NCBI GenBank assembly: GCA_029259175.1
Contig: JAPDJH010000005.1
Coordinates: 1-64,000, forward strand
DNA length: 64,000 nt
DNA from: Hadesarchaea archaeon
GTDB lineage: Archaea; Hadarchaeota; Hadarchaeia; Hadarchaeales; Hadarchaeaceae
Direction: 5' to 3'
Part shown: in pieces, positions 27,553 to 36,304 of the stretch
Layout: each line of letters opens with the position of its first letter
Numbering within the stretch: position 1 is the stretch's first letter
Made by a program: the position numbers and the translations under genes
The notes under the pieces: model-generated
Databases searched by the model: none
The model's input: only the letters and a program-made list of their open reading frames with translations
Told to the model about the DNA's origin: nothing

Positions 27553-28175
27553 ATGCAAGAGCTCATAGTCTCTGTGACTGAGCTGGCCGCCTTTTACTGT
27601 CCTCGGTGTTTCTGGCTCCAGCTGCACGGACTGGCGCCTCCAGAATTTCATCCACCAGCTATTTTGAGCAGGATGGACTCGATTGTTAAGCGGTTCATGA
27701 AGCAGTTCATAGGGCTCGATCAGCTTCCTGAGTGGTTTCCCATAAGTGGAACTTTCTTGGGGAACCCGAGCTTCTTGAAGTCGGGACGAAGCGAGTGGAG
27801 TGACGCTACGGGGAAGACCCGATGCACTAGTGCTGGACGAACGGGGAAGATACCACACTGTTGACTACAAGACCGCGCGGGCCAAGTTCCAGAGTACTGC
27901 CAGATACAACTGGACGCTTACGCTTACCTGCTCGAACGAAAAGGACACCAAATTGGCAGGTGCTTTCTGCTTTACATAATGCCCTCGGAAGTGGGAGCCG
28001 ACGGGGATTCCCTAAAAATCGAAACAAGCCTGTTGAGGTCAGGGTTAACCTTCAGCGCATTCCATCACTTCGCGAAATCAGACGGATTGCCGACTCGCAC
28101 GAACCACTGGAAGCTGTCCCAGGTTGCGAGTGGTGTGCGTGGCGAAAGCGGTTGCTGGAGGAACTTGCTCGATAG
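27553..28175 (+). pseudogene. PD-(D/E)XK nuclease (Cas4/RecB-like, Cys-containing), triple frameshifted
   Basis: Pieces in successive frames: YCPRCFW; LRGRPDAL..VDYKT; QIQLDAYAYLL; GCEWCAW. Shifts near 27780, 27888 and 28030. Confidence 0.8.
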
Positions 28176-28209
28176 GACTTTAATCGGTAACATCCAAAGT
28201 CCTTACGGC

Positions 28210-28285
28210 AGCCCCGTGGGGTAGCGGTCAATCCTGCGGGCCTTTGGAGCCCGTGACGCCGGTTCGAATCCGGCCGGGGCTACCA
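28210..28285 (+). tRNA. tRNA-Gln(TTG), CCA encoded
   Basis: Acceptor agccccg/cggggct, anticodon arm cgggc-ctTTGga-gcccg, T-loop ttcgaat. Confidence 0.95.
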
Positions 28286-28316
28286 CCACTCATAAATCAA
28301 AGATCGACATAGTAGT

Positions 28317-28826
28317 GTGGAGCGTGTCATCGTGTTGGAAGTCATTGGTTCCGCCTTGTGGTTTATATTGCCCGCTTACGCTGCTAATGCTACACCGGTG
28401 CTCGCTGGTGGTGGAAGACCGCTTGACCGCGGTCGCAAGCTCTCGGATGGGGAACCCATCTTTGGCTCTGGAAAAACCGTTCGCGGTCTTTTAGCAGGAA
28501 TAGTCACGGGATCGGCGGTGGCAATTGTGCAGGGAATCCTCACCAACTCATGCAGGTGGCCGCTGGTCGGGCTGTTGCTGGCGCTCGGTGCATTAGTGGG
28601 CGACTTGATCGGGAGTTTCATCAAACGGCGGCTACACATCCCGCGTGGAAGACCCGCCCCCCTGCTCGACCAGCTAGACTTTTTGCTTGTAGCCCTGCTC
28701 TTCGCCAGTCCACTGGCGGTTCCATCTTGGCAAGAGATTGCAACTCTGCTGATCATCACACCGTTGATCCACTTGGGCACGAACGCTGGGGCTTACGCTC
28801 TCGGACTGAAAAAGCACCCGTGGTGA
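28317..28826 (+). CDS. carS: CDP-archaeol synthase
   Basis: PAYAANATPV..GGGRPLD..FGSGKT.RG..GDLIGSFIKRR..LDQLDF..LGLKKHPW. Confidence 0.93.
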   Translation: MERVIVLEVIGSALWFILPAYAANATPVLAGGGRPLDRGRKLSDGEPIFGSGKTVRGLLAGIVTGSAVAIVQGILTNSCRWPLVGLLLALGALVGDLIGSFIKRRLHIPRGRPAPLLDQLDFLLVALLFASPLAVPSWQEIATLLIITPLIHLGTNAGAYALGLKKHPW

Positions 28827-29788
28827 AGGGGTTGAAGGTCCTCGACGTAGTTGGAATCGGGACTCCAGTAGTAGACTGCTTTGCGACAATTACCGATGAC
28901 TTCCTGAAATCCCGAGGGCTCAGAAAGGGAGCCACCAATTTTCTGCCGCGAGCGGAGCTGGACGCTCTGGAAGGAGCTGTAAAGGTAAAACACGTGTTAC
29001 CAGGAGACAACGCAAGAAACGTGTGTGAGGGAATCAGCATGTTGAACGGGAGCGCTGCGTACGGCGGTTGCGTCGGAAAGGACTGGGAGGGTCGGTTCTT
29101 CTGCCGGACGTTGGAGATGTTGGAAATTCATTCCGAAGTCGTTTTCGAGCGTGGAAGAACTGGAAAAATTCTGGTGCTCCTCACGCCCGACAAGGAAAGA
29201 ACGTTCGCGGTGGATTTAGGAAACAGTACTCAGTACCGCCGGGTTGCTAGAAAAGTTTTGCGGAGAACCCGATTTCTTTATCTCACATCGATAACGGCTT
29301 TGACCTCTGGGTCGCTGAGACGCACTGCCCTAACATGGATGGAGCAAGTGCTGGAATCTGGCGGGCGGATCGCCTTATCGCTGGAAAGTCCTCCGATGAT
29401 TCGAAAACACAAACAAGAAATTGTCCGACTCATAGACCAGACGCACATCCTTTTCGCAAACAAGGTAGAATACAGAAGTCTTGGTATGTCCATCGAAACC
29501 ATTCGACGGAAAGTTGAATGTTTCTTTCTCAAGATGGGAAAGCAGGGATCCAAAGTAGTGTGGGGTCGGTCCACTGCTCGGATTCCTTGTCTTTCTAAAC
29601 GAGTAGTTGACACCACCGGGGCTGGGGACTACTACGCTGCTGGCGCGCTCCACGGCTTGGCACGCGGACTCTCTCCGGAAAAGGCGGGAGTACGAGGCGC
29701 CGAACTGGCGGCGAAAATAGTGGCTAGAACGGGAGCTAGCTTTTGCGGCTTAGCTCCCAAGGGAAAACGATCCAATCGCTCGTTTTGA
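28823..29788 (+). CDS. PfkB-family carbohydrate/nucleoside kinase
   Basis: VVGIGTPVVD, FANKVE, VDTTGAGDYYAAG. Confidence 0.88.
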   Translation: MKGLKVLDVVGIGTPVVDCFATITDDFLKSRGLRKGATNFLPRAELDALEGAVKVKHVLPGDNARNVCEGISMLNGSAAYGGCVGKDWEGRFFCRTLEMLEIHSEVVFERGRTGKILVLLTPDKERTFAVDLGNSTQYRRVARKVLRRTRFLYLTSITALTSGSLRRTALTWMEQVLESGGRIALSLESPPMIRKHKQEIVRLIDQTHILFANKVEYRSLGMSIETIRRKVECFFLKMGKQGSKVVWGRSTARIPCLSKRVVDTTGAGDYYAAGALHGLARGLSPEKAGVRGAELAAKIVARTGASFCGLAPKGKRSNRSF

Positions 29789-30179
29789 ACAAAAAATAAT
29801 CGGGAACAAGCTTTGAGCGCGGCTTGTATGCAAGGGCGGCGGTCTTGACGTTCTTAACTCCTCTGCCTGATAGAAAGCACTTAGCGAAGCGCAAGGTGAC
29901 TCCTGTATCGGCGACATCGTCTACAATCAAAACCCGGCCTTTCAAATCGCCAGGGGCCGAAATCAGCTTGGGTCGGGAGAGCCTTCGCTCGCCAGCGTAG
30001 TGCCTGATGTGGACTACCCGGAACTCGCATCCCAAGAGATGGGAAAGCATCACCGCCACAACGAGCCCCCCGCGGGCGATTCCGATCACGACATCCGGCT
30101 CGAAGTCCTCGCGAACAAGATTGGCAAGTTTTTTGACCAGCGACTCGGTTTGTCGCCAAGAAAGGTATTTCTTTTTCAT
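29736..30179 (-). CDS. Type I phosphoribosyltransferase (purine PRT-like); may carry a 98-aa MITE-derived extension from ATG 30473
   Basis: GIARGG, VLIVDDVADTGVTL, WIVFPWE. Confidence 0.9.
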   Translation of the reverse strand: MKKKYLSWRQTESLVKKLANLVREDFEPDVVIGIARGGLVVAVMLSHLLGCEFRVVHIRHYAGERRLSRPKLISAPGDLKGRVLIVDDVADTGVTLRFAKCFLSGRGVKNVKTAALAYKPRSKLVPDYFLFKTSDWIVFPWELSRKS

Positions 30180-30185
30180 CCCATC

Positions 30186-30470
30186 GGTTCTCTTCAGAAC
30201 TCTAGACCCGCAAATACTTTCGCCGGCCTCTCCCCGAAACGGGCTTAAACGGGAAGGCGGAACCGTTTTACGGGATGCCCGGGCCAGTGATTCCAGCGCG
30301 CGCTTCCCGCACCGTCCGTGGCGCTCTGCGGGAAGCAGAACACGCACAGATCGGCAAGCCCGGGGAAGAGGTTCCCGAAGCAGCGCTCCGGGAACGGGGC
30401 CGTGCGGGTTCCGGCCCTGAAGGCGGCCTAGAGCCGTCAACTTCGGAGGTCGAGACTTCCGAAGAGAACC
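30186..30470. mobile_element. MITE: 285 bp, 23-bp imperfect TIRs, 9-bp target-site duplication
   Basis: TSD catcccatc at 30177-30185 and 30471-30479. Left end ggttctcttcagaactctagacc vs reverse complement of right end ggttctcttcggaagtctcgacc (20/23). GC-rich internal hairpins; no transposase. Confidence 0.88.
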
Positions 30471-30565
30471 CATCCCATCGAGATTACAATAAACACTCGA
30501 GAGTAAAAGAGTTTAGTTTCCCAAAACCGCTAAAATAATGAGTTGTGGAAAAACACTCAGGGAAA

Positions 30566-30991
30566 ATGCGGACAACTGCAGAAACTCTGGAAAAAGTGCT
30601 GGCCCTGCTGGAGGAGATCAGAGAAAGATCTTCGAGCGGCACAGCAATTTTGGTAGAAGGGAAAAACGATGCAGCGGCCCTGAAAAGACTTCAGATAAAA
30701 GAAAACATCCGGATTCTGAAGAAAAAGGAGACTCTCCTTAACGTGCTGGAAAACATCGGAGAGTTCAAAGAGGCCATTATACTGACCGACTTCGATAAGC
30801 GAGGAACTCGAATCGCCGGTTTCTGTGCAAAACACCTGCGCGGTCTAGGCGTGAAACCGGATTTGGAAACCAGAAGGAAGCTGAGAGGTCTCGTGGGGAA
30901 AGAGGTGAAGGACATAGAAGGACTGGCAAGCTACGTCGAGCATCTGCGGGCTAAATGCCTTCCCGTTCGATCCATGAGAGGAACTTTTTGA
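30566..30991 (+). CDS. Stand-alone TOPRIM domain protein (UPF0292-like)
   Basis: ILVEGKND, IILTDFDKRG, KDIEGL. Confidence 0.85.
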   Translation: MRTTAETLEKVLALLEEIRERSSSGTAILVEGKNDAAALKRLQIKENIRILKKKETLLNVLENIGEFKEAIILTDFDKRGTRIAGFCAKHLRGLGVKPDLETRRKLRGLVGKEVKDIEGLASYVEHLRAKCLPVRSMRGTF

Positions 30992-31556
30992 CGAGGCCCG
31001 GGCGGACACCGATCTCGATTAATCGGTGCTCGATCTCCTCGCGCGACTTGCCTTCACCTTTCAGGCGAACGTACACTTTCTTCATAGTCTCATACACCTC
31101 GTGGGGGAACCATATCCAAGCGTCGGTCTCGCGAGCACAGAAATCGGGGATCACGATCGACCACGGCTTGCGGTAAATCGAACAGATCTTGACCTCCTTG
31201 GCCCCCTGTTTGAGCAAGTGGTCGCGAACGAGGCGAAGGCTTTTACCGGAGTCCGCAATGTCGTCTATCAGCAGAATCCTCTTCCCGCTCACGTCAATGG
31301 GTATCGGCTGGGTGATGCGGGGCTCGTCCATCGTCTTGTAGATGTCGAGGTAGTGCTCGACTTTGATGGTGGCGATGTTGGGGTTGTCCAGCAGATCCGA
31401 CAAAATGCGCCCGGGAATCCACCCCCCGCGAGACAGGGCCACCAGCAAATCCGGCTTGTACCCTGATTTTTTGATTTGGTCCGCAAGCTTAACACACAAT
31501 TCGTAGATGTAATCCCAGCTTGGGACCTCGTGCTTGTCCGGGCGTTTTTCCGCCAT
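30951..31556 (-). CDS. Type I phosphoribosyltransferase
   Basis: ALSRGGWIPGR, ILLIDDIADSGKSL, WIWFPHE. Confidence 0.9.
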   Translation of the reverse strand: MAEKRPDKHEVPSWDYIYELCVKLADQIKKSGYKPDLLVALSRGGWIPGRILSDLLDNPNIATIKVEHYLDIYKTMDEPRITQPIPIDVSGKRILLIDDIADSGKSLRLVRDHLLKQGAKEVKICSIYRKPWSIVIPDFCARETDAWIWFPHEVYETMKKVYVRLKGEGKSREEIEHRLIEIGVRPGLVKKFLSWIEREGI

Positions 31557-31640
31557 GCAGGACATCTATCTCTAGAAAAATCGCTTGTTTAAATTTTTTG
31601 GGAAAAATCAGACCACCTTTATACCTCGAATCCTAACTGT

Positions 31641-32105
31641 GTGAGGGTGAATACCATCGAGTGGCTCGTTCTCCTGCTAAACCTCGTGCCCTTTCTCGAA
31701 CTCCGGGCAGCGCTCCCACTCGCAGTTGCCATGGAAATCGCTCCTCTTCTCGCCCTGATTATCTGTATCGCTCTGAATCTGCTGGTCATTCCACTTGCTT
31801 TTGGTGTGCTTGATCTTGTCGTGCCTTCTCTACGAAAGCGGTGGTCGGTGGTAGATACCCTTTATCGGTGGTCGGTGCGGCGAGCGAAAAAACACGAAAA
31901 CGTGGGGGCAATCGGACTCTGCCTGTTGGTCGGCATCCCCTTGCCGGGAACGGGCGCCTATGCCGGTGCTCTCATCGCCCACATCGCCGGAATAAAGAGA
32001 AAGCTAGCATACCCCGCGATCGCTGCTGGAGTCGTGCTCGCAGGTATTCTGTTGTGGGTTTTCGCCTCGCTCGGAATAATCTTCATCGAAGGAATAAGCT
32101 CCTAA
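31641..32105 (+). CDS. COG2426 small multidrug export-like membrane protein
   Basis: PFLELRAALP, VGIPLPGTGAYAG. Confidence 0.88.
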   Translation: MRVNTIEWLVLLLNLVPFLELRAALPLAVAMEIAPLLALIICIALNLLVIPLAFGVLDLVVPSLRKRWSVVDTLYRWSVRRAKKHENVGAIGLCLLVGIPLPGTGAYAGALIAHIAGIKRKLAYPAIAAGVVLAGILLWVFASLGIIFIEGISS

Positions 32106-32106
32106 A

Positions 32107-32448
32107 TCAAGCGGTTTCGGATTTCAGCTTCACAATGGCTTCTGCTAGATCCCCGCCCGTCTCCTTCAATGTCCGCACCACCTGTTCCCGGCTGGCCCCC
32201 GTCTGCTCCATCACTAGTTTCACGTCTTCCTCTGCCGGCTCGAACTCGCGTGGGCGTTCCTTTTCCTCTCCTACCACCTGATAGGTGCGTTGACCACCGA
32301 ACTCCACCAGCACGACCTGAGCATTAGAAATCACGAGTTCCTTATCGGCCAATCGAATAACGACTTCTTCAACACCTTCGAGCTCCTTACTCTTCATTCC
32401 CATCTGGCGCATCAATCGCTCCATCTGCCGCCGGTCCATTCGAAACAT
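32107..32448 (-). CDS. nac: Nascent polypeptide-associated complex protein
   Basis: MERLMRQMGM..VEEVVI..TYQVVG..DVKLVMEQTG..GDLAEAI. Confidence 0.93.
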   Translation of the reverse strand: MFRMDRRQMERLMRQMGMKSKELEGVEEVVIRLADKELVISNAQVVLVEFGGQRTYQVVGEEKERPREFEPAEEDVKLVMEQTGASREQVVRTLKETGGDLAEAIVKLKSETA

Positions 32449-32473
32449 CAACTCAACTTCTCTCTCAACCTGT

Positions 32474-32972
32474 TTAAATCCTCCCCGACCCCCTGCGCTT
32501 CTGCGCACCTTGCCGGATACTCCTCACCAGTTTGCCGCTCGAACAGGCAAGAATGCCGGCAACGTCCGTCCACCCTTTCACACTTTGCTGTGCCAAGCCT
32601 CGAACAATTAAAACTTCTGGAGGTGCGAGCCGAACGGCTGTCCCGAAAAATCGGGCCACCTTGCTCCGTTTTATCGCTTCTAGATCTTCATTCGATCTCG
32701 CCATAAGAAATCTGATTCTGAATCCTTCTCTCGCTTCCGCTCGAAAATCTTTCAAATCTCGTCCCGGTCTGTCCACCAATACGAAATCGTGTTTGTAGTC
32801 CGCTGAGCAGCTTTTTGATCGACGCCCAGCTCGGAAAAATCAATACCTCTATCTCGCGCGTTGATCGGGGAAGCCCATAATATCCCACCGCCAGCAAGCC
32901 CAGCGCACAGCGCTTCGCTTCAGCTTCTCTGAGAACCTTCGCCAACCGCTTGACTACCGCTCGGAAAGCCAT
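32474..32972 (-). pseudogene. Frameshifted nucleotidyltransferase-like gene (DUF6036/AbiEii-like)
   Basis: GLLAVGYYGLPRSTREIEVLI, then after a shift near 32795 ..VRLAPPEVLIVRGL..KGWTDV; catalytic DxD appears as ExE. Confidence 0.55.
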
Positions 32973-33158
32973 TCTTCCACGTCCCACATACTTCAGATGG
33001 ACTTTCTACGGCCACGTGTTCGAGCTACAGAAATTCCAACTTCCAAGGCGCTGTCCGACAAATCTGCCACTCAGTTGACCGTAACAGAACCCTTCACATC
33101 GCGCAGGGACTCGGCCAACACGCGCACACTTTCCAGCTCCTTATCCCTTATGGGTAGT

Positions 33159-33659
33159 CTAGACCTCAACATTCATTCCTCTCCGTACTCTGACCGCTTG
33201 TCCCGTCTGGAACGCCACCATTTCTTCCCCCGATAGAAGTGCCTTTCCAACTGCCAGAAGTCTGTCTTCCGGATCTACTACAAGCACCTCCTCGCCCGGT
33301 CTTATGGAGCGGTCGGCATCAATCACATGTTTACAAAAAGCCGTGCGCCCCTGCGAGACGAACTCCGCTGCTCTGGTCTCGATCACCACTCTCCGCTTTG
33401 GAAACTCCAAAACACGGTGGAGCACCTCAGCACCCCCGCGGTTGAGTACAATCATGCCATCGTTTGCCCGAATCGAACAGAGGGGGGAACCTCTAAACCA
33501 CACCTGCCGTATTCTCTCACGGCTTTTTCTTAGCTCCACACCCTCCGCAAACAGGGCCGCTCCTACACCGCGTCCAAAGAGGTAATCGGCCATCGCTCGC
33601 AGCTTCTGCAATTCAGCAGGCCCCGCTAGCTCCGAACTCATCGAAAAACGGTTGTTCAT
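33159..33659 (-). CDS. Stand-alone C2/PUA module of archaeosine tRNA-guanine transglycosylase (split TGT C-terminal part)
   Basis: MADYLFGRG, SIRANDG, AFCKHVIDADRSIRPGEEVLVV, GKALLSGEEM..F..G.AVRVRRG. Confidence 0.85.
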   Translation of the reverse strand: MNNRFSMSSELAGPAELQKLRAMADYLFGRGVGAALFAEGVELRKSRERIRQVWFRGSPLCSIRANDGMIVLNRGGAEVLHRVLEFPKRRVVIETRAAEFVSQGRTAFCKHVIDADRSIRPGEEVLVVDPEDRLLAVGKALLSGEEMVAFQTGQAVRVRRGMNVEV

Positions 33660-34510
33660 CTCCTCCTAAAGTCTTTATCCGAGGTGTCTGCCGGCCCTAC
33701 CAAAACATCTAGCACTACGTGGTTCACCCCGGGAGAATACCGTTTTACCACCCGCTTTTCCAAAAACTCTATTCTTCTTGTCCCCGCAGCTTCTCTCACG
33801 CGCTTCATCGCACGCTCAAAACCCAACCGGCAGGGGGAAGTCTCGTGATAATGAATTATGCCTCCAGAGGGTCTCAGCGTTTTTAAAGCTAGCGGCAGGT
33901 AGAGATGACCTACATGGAGGATCCCCATCACAACGCGATCAGCAACTCCAACAGGAGCCATTTCACGACAATCACCGTAAATAGGAACAACTACGTGTCC
34001 TACCTTGTTTATCCGAATGTTCTCGCAAAGGTAACGATATGCTACCGGATTCTTCTCGATTGCAAAAACGCGTGAGGGGCGTGCGTGCTTCGCTATCTGG
34101 ATTGCGAACTGACCAATGCCCGCGAACAGGTCCACGACCACCTCTCCATCACGAACGAGCTTCGCGACCCTCTGCCTCTCGTAAGTGTTTCCCTTGGAAA
34201 ACATTACGCGAGCAACGTCTAACTTGTAATAGCAACCGTTTTCTTTATGGAGGGTTTCGGTTTGGTTCTCCCCCGCAACCACCTCTACAACCGGTTTGCG
34301 CGCCCATCCATGGATCGGTCCTCTCCTAACAGCGACTGTTCGTACACCTCCAACATCTAACACTGTCGACGCAATGACGGCAGTCCAGGGTTCAAGCTCT
34401 GGAGGCAGAGAGAGTATGGCCACATGGCCAATGTGTTCAAATCCCCGTGGTACTAGCTCAAGCTTGTCCGGTGGCAGTTTATCGGCCAACACTTTTCTGA
34501 GCCAGCTCAT
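33656..34510 (-). CDS. Trm5/Taw2-family SAM-dependent tRNA-modifying transferase
   Basis: HKENGCYYKLD..MFSKGN, VVDLFAGIGQF, IEKNP, VKRYSPG. Confidence 0.85.
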   Translation of the reverse strand: MSWLRKVLADKLPPDKLELVPRGFEHIGHVAILSLPPELEPWTAVIASTVLDVGGVRTVAVRRGPIHGWARKPVVEVVAGENQTETLHKENGCYYKLDVARVMFSKGNTYERQRVAKLVRDGEVVVDLFAGIGQFAIQIAKHARPSRVFAIEKNPVAYRYLCENIRINKVGHVVVPIYGDCREMAPVGVADRVVMGILHVGHLYLPLALKTLRPSGGIIHYHETSPCRLGFERAMKRVREAAGTRRIEFLEKRVVKRYSPGVNHVVLDVLVGPADTSDKDFRRR

Positions 34511-35967
34511 CTGGCCTTCTTCCTCTTGCGTCTCCGCTGAGGTCTTTTAACACCTGCTGCCGTCAGGACTTTGCGTCTCACAAAACCATCTATGCGGCGT
34601 TTGAGTCCGGCTTTTCCGGGCTTAAACCAGCTGACAGGAATACTCGCTCCCGCCATGTTGGCGTGTCCTCCCGCATACTCTTCTCCAAAGGCTTCTCGCA
34701 ACAGATTTCCCAAATGAATTGAAGCCAGGCTCGTGCGCGCCGACACATAGAGCCTATCTCTTACCACACCATAGGCAACAACAGTGTTCACTCCTTCTTG
34801 ACCCACCAGTGAATCAGCGACCAACGCTATGGCCTCTCTCGTGTCCACTTCACCCAGATTGGCAAACCGGAAGTCTTCATACACTTTGGATGATTTGAGA
34901 GCCCTCATGAAGAGATCCACATGGTCCGGAATGAGAGTCGGAGAAGTAAGCTTAGCGTAAAGAGTTCGGTCCATGCGCGAGTTGAGGTACTGAAACGCCT
35001 CCATATCGAGAGACGTGAACTGGCGAGCCATCATCATGGTGTCAGTAACCAAGCCCAAGAAAAGAGCTGTCGCGAGTATTGGATCTGGCTCGATTCCAGA
35101 GAGTCTGAGAAAAGTCGTCAAAATCGTTGCGGTGGCTGCCACCGGGGCGATCTCAACAAATATACCACGGACCTCGGATAAAGGAACCGCGTGATGGTCT
35201 ATCACTATGGTGGGGGTTTGATCTGGGGGCAAAGCACAGTTGGCGGGTGTTGAGACATCCACAAGAGCGAACCACCGATATCTAGTGGTCAAATCTACCT
35301 CCGCCGCATTCAAAAGATCCACTCCCAGCAAATTGACCAACGCCCGATTCTGAGGATGACCAATCACTCCATCATAAATCAAATCCGCATCTATGTTCCT
35401 CGCCTTTGCGTAGAGCTTGAGTGCCAGTCCGCTTGCTATACTGTCCGGGTCGGGGTTGGTCTGAAGAATTATCGCCAGCCGACCAAGTTTCCAGTTCTCG
35501 CGTAAAACTTTATCCAAGCGGCGCTCGCTGACCCTCAGCTTTATTTTATCAATCGCGCCAAGAGTTGCCGCGGCCAGCAATTGGTTCGCGGAAAACACCT
35601 CGCTGGCACCAAGTTTCTTGAGTTCTGGACCTTCGGCGTCATCCTCTGCTCTTACGATCACCACCGGATTCAACGGAATGGGTCTCGGCTCACTTTTGAT
35701 AGCATTAAGCGCTGCGAGCACTTTTTTGATTTTTTCAAAATCAGTCAGGTTCACAATTATGACCTCTATGCTCTCCATCCTCACCTGCTGAAAGGGAGAA
35801 GAGGACTTCAAATCCAAAATCAAAGTTTCGTCTTCTTTCATGCCCAAGCGTCTGAGAAGCTCCAGCCTCTTGGGGCTCTCATCCATTACGACCGTATGGA
35901 CCTTGCGTTTCCTGAACTCATCCAGAATAGCAAACCCTAAGTCATCACACCCTATGAGCAGATACAT
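34507..35967 (-). CDS. DHH/DHHA1 phosphoesterase with an N-terminal RCK(TrkA-N)-like domain
   Basis: LIGCDDLG Rossmann start; NPDPDSIAS, IVIDHH, VSART, AGGHANMAGA. Confidence 0.85.
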   Translation of the reverse strand: MYLLIGCDDLGFAILDEFRKRKVHTVVMDESPKRLELLRRLGMKEDETLILDLKSSSPFQQVRMESIEVIIVNLTDFEKIKKVLAALNAIKSEPRPIPLNPVVIVRAEDDAEGPELKKLGASEVFSANQLLAAATLGAIDKIKLRVSERRLDKVLRENWKLGRLAIILQTNPDPDSIASGLALKLYAKARNIDADLIYDGVIGHPQNRALVNLLGVDLLNAAEVDLTTRYRWFALVDVSTPANCALPPDQTPTIVIDHHAVPLSEVRGIFVEIAPVAATATILTTFLRLSGIEPDPILATALFLGLVTDTMMMARQFTSLDMEAFQYLNSRMDRTLYAKLTSPTLIPDHVDLFMRALKSSKVYEDFRFANLGEVDTREAIALVADSLVGQEGVNTVVAYGVVRDRLYVSARTSLASIHLGNLLREAFGEEYAGGHANMAGASIPVSWFKPGKAGLKRRIDGFVRRKVLTAAGVKRPQRRRKRKKAR

Positions 35968-36046
35968 TCTCTCCGGATATTATGGGCAAGCGATACCTTT
36001 AAAAGGCCTCTACCTATAAAAACTCAGCCAGATTGGGAGGGATTCA

Positions 36047-36304
36047 ATGGAGTTCTGTCCCAAATGCGGAGGAATGATGTTGCCTCAAAAAGTCGGAAAA
36101 AATAAAGTTTTAGTGTGCCAGCGATGTGGCCGGAAGATGAAACCAAAAACGCGTTCGGGATACAGATTCCGGGAAAAAGGGAAGGAAAAAGTGGAAGTGG
36201 GAGTAATAGAGGAAAAGAAGAAAAAGAAGACCAAACCCATCCAGCAGGAATTCGAACTAGAACCCGTAGAGTACTACGAAGAGTTTTTTGAAGAGTCCGG
36301 TTAA
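36047..36304 (+). CDS. TFS/RpoM-like protein with the N-terminal zinc ribbon only, Lys-rich linker and acidic tail
   Basis: MEFCPKCGGMM..LVCQRCG; no C-terminal ribbon or SADE motif. Confidence 0.75.
   Translation: MEFCPKCGGMMLPQKVGKNKVLVCQRCGRKMKPKTRSGYRFREKGKEKVEVGVIEEKKKKKTKPIQQEFELEPVEYYEEFFEESG

Noticed and set aside
28550-28822. Long N-terminal extensions in the ORF track (PfkB from 28550; likewise 12782, 14419, 19651, 23122)
   Set aside because: They overlap neighbouring real genes; family homology starts at downstream start codons.
30186-30470. SRP RNA or RNase P RNA (about 300 nt, GC-rich, paired ends)
   Set aside because: I could not find the SRP helix 8 or RNase P P4 consensus on either strand. 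The perfect 9-bp flanking duplication and TIRs fit a MITE better.
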